45,685 nucleotides of DNA from a virus (IMGVR_UViG_3300037692_000109:1-45685), one strand, 5' to 3'. Numbered from the stretch's first letter, positions 16,429 through 25,079 are shown. The notes: generated from the sequence alone by a model not told the origin. Made by a program: numbers and translations.

Positions 16429-16763
16429 AATTCAGGGACCCGCGCAAACATGATGAAAAGCATTTGGAATACCTGCGCCAGCTTCCTTGCCTCGTTTGCG
16501 GCAACAATATCGAGACGCAAGCGGCTCACCTCAGGTTTTCGGACCAGCGCGCGGCGAAGGTCAATCCTGGTGTCGGGCAAAAGCCGCATTATTTTTGGTG
16601 CGTACCCCTATGTGGACGATGCCACGGCGAGCAACACGAGATGGGGGACGAGGCGAAGTTCTGGAGCCAAGCGATGATCGACCCGTTGTTTGTGGCGATG
16701 GCGCTTTATCTGAACACGGGCGACCACGACGCAGACGAGACGATCATTCGAGCGCAGCATTAG
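16425..16763 (+). CDS. DUF968-like zinc/HNH-type protein (putative nuclease)
   Basis: LPCLVCG...AHLR...VPLCGRCHGEQHE pattern. ATGA overlap with the upstream stop. Confidence 0.7.
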   Translation: MKFRDPRKHDEKHLEYLRQLPCLVCGNNIETQAAHLRFSDQRAAKVNPGVGQKPHYFWCVPLCGRCHGEQHEMGDEAKFWSQAMIDPLFVAMALYLNTGDHDADETIIRAQH

Positions 16764-16782
16764 AGCATTCGGGACAAGAACG

Positions 16783-16986
16783 ATGACAGTTTCCGACGAC
16801 ACCAAGAAGGCAACAGATCAATACTGGCGAACGGCTCGTGAGATTCACAAGCTTATCGGGTGTTGGGGTTTTACGTCTGTACGCCGAGCATTAAACGAGA
16901 TGGCTGAAAGTGGAATAGCTGAGGCAAGGCGCATTCCACATCGCAACGGTGAAGTGATCGAATACCGCGAAGCGCGGCGTTCATGA
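16783..16986 (+). CDS. Hypothetical small protein, possibly winged-helix
   Basis: 67 aa; weak RBS. Confidence 0.5.
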   Translation: MTVSDDTKKATDQYWRTAREIHKLIGCWGFTSVRRALNEMAESGIAEARRIPHRNGEVIEYREARRS

Positions 16987-17005
16987 CAGATAAGGGAGAT
17001 TGAGA

Positions 17006-17269
17006 ATGGCTAAGACACACGAATTGAAAATATGGCCGCAGTGGTTTGATGCGGTCAGGCTCGGAACAAAGACTTTCGAGATCAGGAAAGATGACCGTAA
17101 TTATGCGGTCGGTGACACGCTCGTTTTAAACGAGTTTCGTCCTGGCGTCGGAGAATACACCGGCCGCAAGATAGAGCGCCGCATCAATTACATTCTGCCG
17201 GCCGGAGAAAAAGCAGAGCAATTCGGCTTGCAGGCCGGTTATGCCGCGCTTGGCATAGTGCCGGTTTGA
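17006..17269 (+). CDS. DUF3850 (ASCH/PUA-like) protein
   Basis: HELKIWPQWFDAVRLGTKTFEIRKDDRNYAVGDTLVLNE matches the DUF3850 signature. GGGAGA RBS. Confidence 0.75.
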   Translation: MAKTHELKIWPQWFDAVRLGTKTFEIRKDDRNYAVGDTLVLNEFRPGVGEYTGRKIERRINYILPAGEKAEQFGLQAGYAALGIVPV

Positions 17270-17314
17270 ACAGCGCATACGACTGATGACCAATCACTGT
17301 AAGAGACCGAACAG

Positions 17315-17518
17315 ATGACTAGCATTGAAATCTTACTGGCGTTCATCGCGTGGCAGCTTTTCATGATCTGGGTGTATGTCCGCTGGATTTACCTCAAGGT
17401 CCAGTACGGCAAGCTGTTCGATCCGCAGGCTCCGGTGAATGCTTATGGCGAAGGACTTGCCGACGCTATTCAAAATTCAATCGAGCGCGGCCAGCGCGGA
17501 ATCTCGACTTACCAATAA
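17315..17518 (+). CDS. Small membrane protein
   Basis: 67 aa with an N-terminal TM segment (ILLAFIAWQLFMIWVYV). Confidence 0.5.
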   Translation: MTSIEILLAFIAWQLFMIWVYVRWIYLKVQYGKLFDPQAPVNAYGEGLADAIQNSIERGQRGISTYQ

Positions 17519-17556
17519 TCGCATACGCCCGATATCCGCTGAAACAGGAGATTGAA

Positions 17557-17748
17557 ATGTGGACCACCACGGCACTTTGGCTCACTGGGATTTGTTCTTT
17601 TACGGGTGGCGCTGCGTTCTTCGGATTGATGGCCGGGCGTTTCTTTGTTTTTGAAGACGACGAGACAGAGAAGCGCGGGGTTTGGGCAAATCGTGACCGC
17701 GCTTACCAACTCACACCGATCCGCAAGCCGCCGGTCGATCCGCGTTAA
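17557..17748 (+). CDS. Small membrane protein
   Basis: 63 aa with an AGGAGA RBS and a TM segment (LWLTGICSFTGGAAFFGLMAG). Confidence 0.5.
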   Translation: MWTTTALWLTGICSFTGGAAFFGLMAGRFFVFEDDETEKRGVWANRDRAYQLTPIRKPPVDPR

Positions 17749-17764
17749 CAGCCAGAGAACGAAC

Positions 17765-18094
17765 ATGACGACGTGGGACCAAGTACTCGCCGTTCACTCA
17801 AAGCACCCGGAATGGTGCTCGACAGAGATTGCGCGCGAGCTTGGCTGTCACCCGGCTTACGTTCGGGCGACGATGCAGCGCCGTGGCATGACGCTAAAAA
17901 CGTCGCGGAAGGCTGGCCGGCGTCTCCAAGATTGGGAGCGTCAAGCAATTCTGGACGCCTACATTGATGGCGAGAAACTAGAGGCCGTCGCCTGTGAGTT
18001 TGGCGTGACTATGTGGGCTGTCAACAAAATCGGCAGGCGTGCTGGCGAGCCGCCGCGCCCAATCGGCAGGCCACCAAAAGCTGCGCGGACATAA
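17765..18094 (+). CDS. HTH DNA-binding protein with two HTH-like segments; candidate late-gene regulator
   Basis: 109 aa. STEIARELGCHPAYVRATMQR and LEAVACEFGVTMWAVNKIGRR are both HTH-like. Confidence 0.6.
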   Translation: MTTWDQVLAVHSKHPEWCSTEIARELGCHPAYVRATMQRRGMTLKTSRKAGRRLQDWERQAILDAYIDGEKLEAVACEFGVTMWAVNKIGRRAGEPPRPIGRPPKAART

Positions 18095-18141
18095 GCCACA
18101 ACCGCGAATTTTTGTAAGTGCGTACCAACCCAACGGAGAAG

Positions 18142-18441
18142 ATGATGAATTACAGTGCCCCCACAGCCGGAGCCTCTATGCCGAAGTCGGCACCGGTCAC
18201 GCTCCAATCAAGCATCGAGGATTTTGACCCAGCCATCGATCGTGTCGAAGTTCTCATCAATCGAGCGACCAACTGCGCCGACCGCATCACCGGCACCCGA
18301 CCGAGCGAAGTGGGCGTCACGGACAAGAACCCAGTGGCGAGTGGTCTGATCACCGCCGTCCAAGAACGCCGCAGTCGCCTAGCTCGCGCCGTTGATCGGC
18401 TCGAATCAGAAGTAAGCCGCATCGAGAGCGGCCTGTCCTGA
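18142..18441 (+). CDS. Hypothetical protein
   Basis: 99 aa from the ATG at 18142, with a GGAGAAG RBS. Confidence 0.55.
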   Translation: MMNYSAPTAGASMPKSAPVTLQSSIEDFDPAIDRVEVLINRATNCADRITGTRPSEVGVTDKNPVASGLITAVQERRSRLARAVDRLESEVSRIESGLS

Positions 18442-18452
18442 CGCTTTGATCC

Positions 18453-18472
18453 CTCCGGCCTCCGGGCCGGAG
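18453..18472 (+). terminator. GC-rich hairpin, a weak terminator candidate
   Basis: CTCCGGCC-TCCG-GGCCGGAG, followed only by a weak U-tract (TATTG). Confidence 0.3.
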
Positions 18473-18493
18473 TATTGAAAGCGGATATCTCTC

Positions 18494-18871
18494 ATGACCA
18501 AACGTAGGAAAAACTCGATGACCGAAGAAGCAGAAATCAGATCGCAGATGGGAAAGTTGCAGCGGCAACTCGATAAAATTGAGGACGCCAAGAGTGACGC
18601 CAAAAACGCTGCCCTAGTCGGAAGGTACTTTCGTTACCGGAACAGCTATGGTTCTGGCTCCGTGTGGTGGATGTATTTCAAAGTTACTGGATACAAGGGC
18701 GGCAGTATCAGGGGGCAGCAATTTCAGACTACCTCTGACGACGAAGTGCAGATCGAGCCCGCCCGATCCTTCTATCGCCACATGCATGGCGGTTTCGAGG
18801 AAATAAAAAAGTCAGAATACGAGCGCGAACTTAAAAAGGTTCAGCGCAGGATCGCGGCCCTGAAAGCGTAA
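18494..18871 (+). CDS. Hypothetical protein
   Basis: 125 aa. The stop lies inside the repeated junction GCGTAATTCGCGGACAT. Confidence 0.55.
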   Translation: MTKRRKNSMTEEAEIRSQMGKLQRQLDKIEDAKSDAKNAALVGRYFRYRNSYGSGSVWWMYFKVTGYKGGSIRGQQFQTTSDDEVQIEPARSFYRHMHGGFEEIKKSEYERELKKVQRRIAALKA

Positions 18872-18896
18872 TTCGCGGACATATGGTGTTAGGACG

Positions 18897-19328
18897 ATGA
18901 AAAATTACGAGAACCCCAATTTCATCCAGCCTTGGCAAGACACGCCAACGCTATGCAATCACCTCTGCATCAACGAATCGACGCTCGACACTTGGGTTAG
19001 TCAGGGCCGCTTAAGCGCATCGAGAATTATCGATGGCGAAAAGTTTTGGAGAATGGAAGATGTCAATTCGTTCCGCCGTGGACGCGTGTACTTTATTGAA
19101 AGCGGCGGCCTCATAAAAATTGGTTTCACCGAGAACCTAAAATCTAGACTTGCAACTCTCACGAGCGACTCCAGCCACCCAATAGATACGCTGTTGGTAG
19201 TTTGGGGGCCAAAGTCCTTAGAGGCAAAATTCCACGAAAAGTTCAGTTCCACACGAGAACATGGCGAGTGGTTTCATAAGTCGCCAGAGCTTTTGTCCTT
19301 TATCGAAGAGCTGAGGCTTTGGGAATAA
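18897..19328 (+). CDS. Excisionase-type HTH (HTH_17) fused to a T5orf172 (GIY-YIG-related) domain
   Basis: N-terminus LCNHLCINESTLDTWVSQGRLSASRIIDGEKFWRMEDV. C-terminus VYFIESGGLIKIGFTENLKSRLATL...EHGEWF. Visibly more AT-rich than its flanks. Confidence 0.75.
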   Translation: MKNYENPNFIQPWQDTPTLCNHLCINESTLDTWVSQGRLSASRIIDGEKFWRMEDVNSFRRGRVYFIESGGLIKIGFTENLKSRLATLTSDSSHPIDTLLVVWGPKSLEAKFHEKFSSTREHGEWFHKSPELLSFIEELRLWE

Positions 19329-19510
19329 TGAGCCGGCGCCCCGCCACCTTCACCCAAGCAGACGTTGCTCGAGCTATTCGAGCCGCGAAGCAGGAAGGTG
19401 CTGCCGAGGTAGAGGTTCGCCCTGACGGCGGAATCGTGGTCCGCATGGTCCCGTCATCCACTGAAATCGGCGGGCCAGCCCTTGAGCGGTCGAAGGAGAT
19501 CATCCTTTGA
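19328..19510 (+). CDS. Small integrase-associated protein, possibly an RDF or accessory factor
   Basis: 60 aa (MSRRPATFTQADVARAIRAAK...). TAATG overlap upstream, and its end abuts the integrase. Confidence 0.6.
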   Translation: MSRRPATFTQADVARAIRAAKQEGAAEVEVRPDGGIVVRMVPSSTEIGGPALERSKEIIL

Positions 19511-19518
19511 TTGCCCCC

Positions 19519-20598
19519 ATGCCGCGCCCCAGGCCCCCGCATTTGCAGTCCGAGACGACGCGCCACGGTCGGAAGGTCTGGTATGTCCGCGTCGGCTCCG
19601 GCCAGCGCATCCGGCTCCGAGCTCAGTTCGGCACCCCCGAGTTTCAGGACGAATACGAGGCGGCCCTGCGCGGCGAGCGCCCCGTCAAGGGCAGCAAGGC
19701 CAAGGCCGGCACGCTCGAGTGGCTGATCGCCCGATACCGGGAAACGTCCGCGTGGGGCGACCTCTCGAGCGCCACCCGCCGCCAGCGGGAGAACATCATA
19801 AAGCAGGTCATCAAGACCGGTGGTCAGCAGCCCTATACCTCAGTCTCGAGCTCTGGCCTGGCCGCTGCTCGAGACAAGCGCAAGGACACCCCGGCCCAGG
19901 CGCGGCACTTTCTCGACACCATGCAGGGCCTTTTTAAGTGGGCTAAGGGTGCCGGTTTTGTGAAGATAAATCCGGTGTTAGACGTTGATTATCCTACACA
20001 AAAGAAGTCTCAGGGCTTCCCGGTTTGGACCGAAAATGATATCCTAAAGTACGAGCAAAAATGGCCTCTCGGGACCAAGGAAAGGGTCTGGCTGGCCGTC
20101 CTGCTCTACACCGGGCTTCGGCGCGGTGACGCGGTTCGGCTGGGCCGGCAGCACGTCCGAAATGGCGTGGCGACGATCCGCACCGAAAAGAGCCAAGGCG
20201 AAATCGAAGTCATTATCCCGATCCTGCCGGTTCTGGACGAAGCGCTCAAGGCAGGCCCTACCGGCGAGCTCGCATTCATCTGCGGAGCTCGAGGTGGCCC
20301 GCTGGTCAAGGAAGCGTTCGGAACCATGTTCTCGGAAGCCTGCCGGTTGGCGGGCGTGAAGAAATCAGCCCACGGCGTCCGCAAAGCCGGCGCCACCAGG
20401 GCCGCGAATAACGGGGCGACCGTGGCGCAACTCGAGGCGATCTTCGGATGGGTCGGCGGTCGTATGGCTTCGCACTACACCAGATCGGCAGACCGAGCTC
20501 GGTTGGCTCGAGACGGAATGGCCCTGCTGGCGAACGATGGCGGAACATCTATTCCCGCACCTGACGAAAAGGTGCGGGGCTCATTCAAAAAACAGTAG
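19519..20598 (+). CDS. int: Tyrosine integrase 1
   Basis: 359 aa with box I (TGLRRGD) and box II (HGVRKAGAT...GW...HYTR), giving the canonical R..HxxR..W..Y residues. Confidence 0.9.
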   Translation: MPRPRPPHLQSETTRHGRKVWYVRVGSGQRIRLRAQFGTPEFQDEYEAALRGERPVKGSKAKAGTLEWLIARYRETSAWGDLSSATRRQRENIIKQVIKTGGQQPYTSVSSSGLAAARDKRKDTPAQARHFLDTMQGLFKWAKGAGFVKINPVLDVDYPTQKKSQGFPVWTENDILKYEQKWPLGTKERVWLAVLLYTGLRRGDAVRLGRQHVRNGVATIRTEKSQGEIEVIIPILPVLDEALKAGPTGELAFICGARGGPLVKEAFGTMFSEACRLAGVKKSAHGVRKAGATRAANNGATVAQLEAIFGWVGGRMASHYTRSADRARLARDGMALLANDGGTSIPAPDEKVRGSFKKQ

Positions 20599-20607
20599 GT
20601 AAATCAA

Positions 20608-21729
20608 ATGGATAAAAATGCGATGGTGGGAGAGGTAGTTGTCGGACAATCCAATCCCGACAATGGCTTAGACCAAGGGTGCGGGAAATCAACCCCCTTT
20701 GAAGCACAAATGGAAATTCCGGCGGCTCCCGCACCTAAAGGCACGGTCCAATGGCTCATTGACGAATACCGGACCGACCGGGACAGCCCCTATCACAGCA
20801 AGCGCTGGCCGACCCGCCAGCACTATGACGTGCTGTGCAAGCGCATCGCCGCCGACTTCGGCACGCTGCCTCTAGCCGACATCCGCGCCCGGCAATTGAA
20901 GCGCTGGCATGAGGACATTGTGGCGCGCGGGCATGTCGCGATGGGTCACGGCCTCGTCGGGATGATCCGCACCCTCGTCGGCTTCGGCGCCACCATCCTT
21001 GAGGACAAGGAGTGCGAGCGGCTGGCCGGGATGCTGCACCTGATGAAGTTCGCGATGGCCAAGAGCCGCACCGAACGCCTGACCGCCGAACAGGCCAACC
21101 TGATCCGGCGCGAGGCTCACAAGGCCGGCCGCCCGTCGATTGCCTTGGCCCAGGCCATCCAATTCGAGGGGATGCTGCGCCAGAAGGACATCATCGGGGA
21201 ATGGGTGCCGGAAACCGAACCCGGCCAGTCGGAGGTCCGCGCCTATGGCCAAAAGTGGTTGCGCGGCATTCGATGGGAGGAAATCGACGCCGACTTCGTG
21301 TTGGTCCACATCACGTCCAAGCGCCAGAAGGAAATCACTATCGACCTGAAACTGGCCCCCATGGTGGTCGAGGAACTGCACTACGCGATGGGCCAGAACG
21401 CCATCGGCGGCTTGCAGCGCGATAAATTCCCGGCGACTGGCCCTGTAATCTGGAGCGAGGCCAGTGAACTGCCGTGGATCGCGGGCGAGTACCGCCGCTG
21501 GTGGCGGAAGCTGGCGCGGGCCGCCGGCATCCCCGACAGCGTAAGGTCGATGGATTCGAGAGCCGGCGCGATCAGCGAGGCGACCGACGCTGGTGCCGAT
21601 CTAGAGCATGTGCGCCACGCGGCCACGCATTCCGACATTGCCATGACGATGCGTTACAGTAGAGGCGCAGAAGACAAGATCGCTGGCGTGCAGCGGAAGC
21701 GCGCTGAACACAGGAACAAGGCGTCGTGA
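20608..21729 (+). CDS. Tyrosine recombinase 2, with non-canonical Met at the His-II position
   Basis: Box II MDSRAGAIS...THSD...RYSR aligns without gaps to integrase 1 (R to Y spacing of 32 in both). Box I is MLRQKD. The start may be internal (M35, at 20710). Confidence 0.8.
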   Translation: MDKNAMVGEVVVGQSNPDNGLDQGCGKSTPFEAQMEIPAAPAPKGTVQWLIDEYRTDRDSPYHSKRWPTRQHYDVLCKRIAADFGTLPLADIRARQLKRWHEDIVARGHVAMGHGLVGMIRTLVGFGATILEDKECERLAGMLHLMKFAMAKSRTERLTAEQANLIRREAHKAGRPSIALAQAIQFEGMLRQKDIIGEWVPETEPGQSEVRAYGQKWLRGIRWEEIDADFVLVHITSKRQKEITIDLKLAPMVVEELHYAMGQNAIGGLQRDKFPATGPVIWSEASELPWIAGEYRRWWRKLARAAGIPDSVRSMDSRAGAISEATDAGADLEHVRHAATHSDIAMTMRYSRGAEDKIAGVQRKRAEHRNKAS

Positions 21730-22232
21730 CCAAAGCTACTAAAATCTATGACCTAGATGTGGACCGCCTCCATGAAGTTTTGGACTACGATCCGGAAACC
21801 GGCGTGTTCACTTGGCGCGTTCGAACTGGCCCTATGTGCAAGCTGGGTAGCCCGGCAGGGAGGATTGGAGCAGACGGCTACCGATCTATTGGCCTCGACC
21901 GCAAGACCTATAAAGCCCACCAGTTGGCATGGCTTCATGTCCACGGAGAGCCGCCCGACGACGAGCTTGATTTTATCAACGGCGACAAGTCCGACATTCG
22001 CTTGGTTAATCTTAGGCCCGCTACCCGCGCAGACAATGCGAGGAATGCTAACCGGCCATCGAACAGCACCGGCTACCGAGGCGTGAAGAAGTTTCACAAC
22101 CGCTTCCATGCCGTGATTCGGCATGGTGGGAAACGTCACTTTATCGGAACCTTTGCGACGGCAGAGGAAGCCTACGAGGCTTACTGCGCCAAGGCTAAGG
22201 AGCTTCACGGCGAGTTTGCGCGTTTCAAGTGA
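21726..22232 (+). CDS. HNH endonuclease with an AP2 DNA-binding domain (homing-endonuclease-like)
   Basis: HQLAWLHVHGE...INGDKSDIRLVNLR...ADNARN (HNH_3) followed by YRGV...F.A.I...GK...GTFATAEEA..AY (AP2). The GTG start overlaps the recombinase stop. Confidence 0.8.
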   Translation: MTKATKIYDLDVDRLHEVLDYDPETGVFTWRVRTGPMCKLGSPAGRIGADGYRSIGLDRKTYKAHQLAWLHVHGEPPDDELDFINGDKSDIRLVNLRPATRADNARNANRPSNSTGYRGVKKFHNRFHAVIRHGGKRHFIGTFATAEEAYEAYCAKAKELHGEFARFK

Positions 22233-22266
22233 GCATTCTGCCAATGACCAAACATAGGGAACAGAC

Positions 22267-22617
22267 ATGAACGCCGATTGGAATGATCCATCCTCGATCC
22301 CGACCATGAAGCCCGGCAACATGAAGGAATTTATTGTCGCGGTTTACCGAGCACACTCGGGCAAGGTCTACACCTTTGCGGCCACGTATCTGAATGGATA
22401 CGGCCTCAACTATGAGAGTTGCCCGAAAGGCAACGCCAGTCCGTACGAGGTCTGCGAAGGTTGCGAGGACGGATGCCCGACGACCGGCTGGTTCTCACAA
22501 ACCGGCGACGAGGATGAGGGCTCCACATTTCACGCGATGAACATGAAAGACGGGGATCAGTTGATGGGCTGGCAGGAACTACCAAAGTGGAACGGTGCTG
22601 TTCCCGTCGCTGCGTAA
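22267..22617 (+). CDS. Hypothetical Cys-containing protein
   Basis: 116 aa with an AGGGA RBS. The stop lies inside the repeated junction. Confidence 0.6.
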   Translation: MNADWNDPSSIPTMKPGNMKEFIVAVYRAHSGKVYTFAATYLNGYGLNYESCPKGNASPYEVCEGCEDGCPTTGWFSQTGDEDEGSTFHAMNMKDGDQLMGWQELPKWNGAVPVAA

Positions 22618-22648
22618 TTCGCGGACATCATGCATTAAGGAGCCGACG

Positions 22649-23008
22649 ATGGAACACCTAGCCTGCAAAATACCGACCGAGAACTGTGGCGCGGCCCGGA
22701 CGAAGGCAATGGCAGCTACTGATGCCGATAGCGTCCACGTCACCGAAGGCGGGGCCATAGGTATGAACGTGGGTGGCTATGTCATCGCCATGCGCCCGAG
22801 CGAGTGGCACGCCGCCTGCAAAGAAGCCGCCGATCTGCGTACCCAGCTAGAGGCGATTGAGGCCGAACGTGACAGCCTGCTTGAAGGCATCCGCGCGCTG
22901 CACAAAGTGTGGTGGACAGTCGGCGCTGACCTGGACAAGGAAGCTGTAGCGCAGCAGTGCCTCAAACTTTTCAAGTTGCTGCCAGCACGTTCGGACAAGA
23001 ACGGTTAA
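22649..23008 (+). CDS. Hypothetical protein
   Basis: 119 aa. The AAGGAG RBS and ATG lie inside the 21-nt repeated junction. Confidence 0.6.
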   Translation: MEHLACKIPTENCGAARTKAMAATDADSVHVTEGGAIGMNVGGYVIAMRPSEWHAACKEAADLRTQLEAIEAERDSLLEGIRALHKVWWTVGADLDKEAVAQQCLKLFKLLPARSDKNG

Positions 23009-23019
23009 GGAGAATTTCG

Positions 23020-23301
23020 ATGGACAGGATTGCCGAGCGATTGCGCACCGCTGCCGAGGGCGTAGAGCGCGCCACGCAGATGATGGCAGATGCCAAGTCG
23101 GCCAGAAACAATGCTGCCGGCGATGTCGATGCAAAGTACGCGGGGCTTTCGAAAGAGCGGACAGCCGAGTGGCACGCCGCCGACATTCTTGAAGCGGCCT
23201 ACCGCTGGCGTCGGGCATTTCACCACGGGACGCGCGAGGAAATCGAAATCCAGGAGCAGTGCCTACTGGCGATCCTTGCCGAGCACCCGGAAGTCGAATG
23301 A
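23020..23301 (+). CDS. Hypothetical protein
   Basis: 93 aa with an AAGGAGA RBS. Confidence 0.6.
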   Translation: MDRIAERLRTAAEGVERATQMMADAKSARNNAAGDVDAKYAGLSKERTAEWHAADILEAAYRWRRAFHHGTREEIEIQEQCLLAILAEHPEVE

Positions 23302-23609
23302 TCGGACATGGGCCGTCACCAATGAAGCCAAAACGAGTGCAACGAAAGCGGACGAAAGGTTGGCGGATGCCGGCCAATACCATTTATGTCGGGCGCGGCT
23401 CGATGTGGGGAAACTACGCCGCATTCCGGCACAGCGTCATCAAGGGACCGGAGGCTGTAAAATTATTCTGCGAGTGGGTCGAGAATGAAGCGAGCGAGGC
23501 ATGGAAAGGCCGTGCCCAAATAGAGTTGCGCGGGAAAAATCTCGCTTGTTGGTGCAAGCCAACCGAGCGGTGCCATGCGGACGTGCTGCTAAGACTCGTG
23601 AACGGATAG
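23298..23609 (+). CDS. DUF4326 protein
   Basis: IYVGRGSMWGN...LRGKNLACWCKPTERCHADVLL matches the DUF4326 signature. ATGA coupling. Confidence 0.75.
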   Translation: MIGHGPSPMKPKRVQRKRTKGWRMPANTIYVGRGSMWGNYAAFRHSVIKGPEAVKLFCEWVENEASEAWKGRAQIELRGKNLACWCKPTERCHADVLLRLVNG

Positions 23610-23618
23610 GAGAGGACA

Positions 23619-23792
23619 ATGAACCGAAGCTCAAAGATCAAAGACACCAAGCCCGTCAAGATGTGGGCCGCCATCAGCGAAGACGTTCCGCCACAGATTT
23701 GGGAGGTCGGGTTCTACAAGGACCAGATGCAATCGAACCTGCGGAAAATCCGCGTCACGGTCGCCCCGGTGCTGCCGAAGCGCAAACGATAG
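23619..23792 (+). CDS. Hypothetical small protein
   Basis: 57 aa with a TAGGAGAGG RBS. Below the ORF-track cutoff. Confidence 0.45.
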   Translation: MNRSSKIKDTKPVKMWAAISEDVPPQIWEVGFYKDQMQSNLRKIRVTVAPVLPKRKR

Positions 23793-23806
23793 CATTGGGG
23801 TGGCAA

Positions 23807-23980
23807 ATGAACATGCCTGACGTGGACGAGACGGAGATTTCAGGTGCCTCTAGAGCCATCAGCATGGAATATGACAAAGTGATCGGCGAGAAACAGGCAC
23901 GCAACATCGCCTATGTAGCTCTGGTCGGGGCACGTCAGGCAAAGATTGAAGCCGCGCGATTGGCGTTGAAGAGGGGTTAA
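23807..23980 (+). CDS. Hypothetical small protein
   Basis: 57 aa with a GGGGTGG RBS. Confidence 0.45.
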   Translation: MNMPDVDETEISGASRAISMEYDKVIGEKQARNIAYVALVGARQAKIEAARLALKRG

Positions 23981-24312
23981 TGAACATGAAGGCATATGAT
24001 CTGAGCGATGCGCAGTGGTGCTTCCTTGACCTGCTCTTGCGCGCGAAGAAGCGAGGCATCCCGGTGCTCAGCCGCATGGAAATCCTGCACTCGCCAACCT
24101 TGCCGCAAGGCGCGGCGATGAAGCTGGTTTGGGGCGCACTCACGATCCCCGCCGAACTGGTCAAGCACACGCCTCCGCACGACTTTGAAATCACCGAGGC
24201 CGGCGCGTCGCTCTACAATCTCCGGTTCGGGACCAAGGATAAAGCGGCACAGCCGTCGCAAATTGCGGACGGCGTGATCTGCCTGCCGGACCTGAGCAAT
24301 AAGCCCATATGA
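23980..24312 (+). CDS. Hypothetical protein
   Basis: 110 aa with a TAATG overlap. Confidence 0.55.
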   Translation: MNMKAYDLSDAQWCFLDLLLRAKKRGIPVLSRMEILHSPTLPQGAAMKLVWGALTIPAELVKHTPPHDFEITEAGASLYNLRFGTKDKAAQPSQIADGVICLPDLSNKPI

Positions 24313-24334
24313 CGCGTCAACAAAGGAGGCAGCC

Positions 24335-24871
24335 GTGACGGACAAAGTTAGGGAAGCGTTGGAGCCGTTCGCGAAGGTCGCGCGCTACATGTTTGTGAGC
24401 GGCCATTGTGGTGGAGCATCGCCAAAGGACTTTCCTTTAAAGTGGAATGTTCATCTGGACATTGGCCCGTCGAATTTTAGCCCGCAGCAAGGTGCCCCCC
24501 TTCTTACCGTTGCTGATTTTCAACGCGCCAGCGAAGCTCTCGCCGCCCTCGCCAGTGAACGGGGGATGAGTGGAGAAATTGACCATGCCGAAAAGTTGGC
24601 AATTGAAAAATTGCGACACAAGAAGAAATTCGGCGGAACGACCACATGCACCATATCGACCCTTGATGATTGTAAGCTGCTTGACGCCCTCTCCCGCCAG
24701 CAACCTGCGGGAGCGCCGGAATGCGTCTTCTCGAAATGCCCAACCCCGAAGGACTGCACCGGCCCAAATTGTGGGAACTTAAGACCACCATATACAGAGC
24801 AACCTGCGGGGGAAGCGGGGGCATCGACACCTCAACCCGCAAACCGCAACGCCATGCGCGACGATCAGTAA
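24335..24871 (+). CDS. Hypothetical Cys-rich protein
   Basis: 178 aa, with a GTG start preceded by AAGGAGG. Confidence 0.6.
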   Translation: MTDKVREALEPFAKVARYMFVSGHCGGASPKDFPLKWNVHLDIGPSNFSPQQGAPLLTVADFQRASEALAALASERGMSGEIDHAEKLAIEKLRHKKKFGGTTTCTISTLDDCKLLDALSRQQPAGAPECVFSKCPTPKDCTGPNCGNLRPPYTEQPAGEAGASTPQPANRNAMRDDQ

Positions 24872-24893
24872 CCGCCGCTAAAGGATGTTGACG

Positions 24894-25079
24894 ATGGCAA
24901 TGAATGACATAAGCGAGGATTTCGAAACTGAAATTTGCTATGCATTCAACGAGGCTATTTGTCAGGCCGTCGATGCTGGTAAAAAAGAATCGCTTGAGGT
25001 AACGGCTTTTATCCTCAGCCGGCCGGCTGTCAGGGCAATCTTGGCTAAGGCTGAGCGCGGCGAGTTCGTTAATGGCTAG
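24894..25079 (+). CDS. Hypothetical small acidic protein
   Basis: Start moved to the ATG at 24894, which has AAGGA 9 nt upstream. Confidence 0.5.
   Translation: MAMNDISEDFETEICYAFNEAICQAVDAGKKESLEVTAFILSRPAVRAILAKAERGEFVNG

Noticed and set aside
20599-20710. tRNA-derived attP core next to the integrases
   Set aside because: I looked for T-arm/acceptor-like sequence (GGTTCGAATCC...CCA or its complement) between and around the two recombinase genes and found no convincing cloverleaf fragment. The attP location remains unknown.
21753-22322. 189-aa minus-strand ORF, and similar long antisense ORFs (1002..1574 +, 19482..19937 +, 22847..23383 -, 24504..25097 -, 29181..29861 +, 35115..35855 +)
   Set aside because: All lie opposite or out of frame to genes with recognisable domains or tight operon coupling. 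Their composition (Arg/Ser/Pro/Ala-rich) and the lack of start signals indicate GC-driven shadow ORFs.
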